Assembly (NCBI GenBank): GCA_019239375.1
Contig: JAFAZZ010000049.1
Location: forward strand, 1-43,697
Origin: Solirubrobacterales bacterium
GTDB lineage: Bacteria > Actinomycetota > Thermoleophilia > Solirubrobacterales > Solirubrobacteraceae
DNA: 43,697 bases
Direction: 5' to 3'
Shown here one piece after another: positions 43,577 to 43,697 of this stretch. The notes under the pieces were generated by a model. That model saw nothing but the letters and a program-made list of their open reading frames with translations, did no database searches and was not told the DNA's origin. The stretch's first letter is position 1. Each line of letters opens with the position of its first letter. A program made the translations under genes and the position numbers.

Positions 43577-43697
43577 TCATACCTGCGCCGCCTCCCGCAC
43601 CAGCACGTCCCAGGCGCGCCGGACATCGTCCTCGCTCGTGTTCATCTGCCCGATGGCGAGGCGCAGAACGTAGCGGCGGTTCAGCACCGCGTGAGAG
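43577..43697 (-). CDS. 3' end of a probable group II PLP-dependent (aromatic amino acid) decarboxylase, partial
   Basis: Manual translation: ...SHAVLNRRYVLRLAIGQMNTSEDDVRRAWDVLVREAAQV-stop, typical of the C-terminus of this family. Confidence 0.7.
   Translation of the reverse strand, partial: SHAVLNRRYVLRLAIGQMNTSEDDVRRAWDVLVREAAQV

Noticed and set aside
43413-43580. Short minus-strand ORF (ATG 43580) with an internal TGA, considered as a second selenoprotein
   Set aside because: No redox motif around the TGA, atypical codons, and read-through runs into a microsatellite.

Overview
GC-rich chromosomal window from an actinobacterium; gene style suggests Thermoleophilia/Solirubrobacterales (inference). 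No rRNA, tRNA, CRISPR array or transposase was recognised. In order it holds: the edge of a surface-polysaccharide locus (two clan-A glycoside hydrolases, Wzx flippase, Ig-repeat protein, methyltransferase); a choline-oxidase cluster on an overlapping bidirectional promoter; ppx-sixA-ppk1; a secreted helical protein plus HtrA; an orphan AbiEi/DUF559 gene; acetoacetate-CoA ligase; a Fur/Zur regulator with a metal ABC importer; a long minus-strand run (response regulator, histidine kinase, MacAB-type exporter, two extracytoplasmic low-complexity proteins, then a vWA-PP2C-kinase TerY-P/YegLKI-type triad); a fadE24/fadE23-like pair; and a VOC enzyme with an HxlR regulator. Best finds not visible in the ORF track: (1) a probable selenoprotein, an AhpC/TSA-like redoxin at 24087-24656 with an in-frame UGA in a UxxC motif and a SECIS-like hairpin; (2) the TerY-P triad coupled to the end of the MacAB-type operon; (3) 11-bp-phased TCTYAN-type boxes upstream of htrA, its partner gene and the distant response regulator; (4) a candidate 6C-like small RNA at about 28690-28827; (5) an in-frame palindromic insert with G7/C7 tracts and a 51-bp duplication inside ppx.
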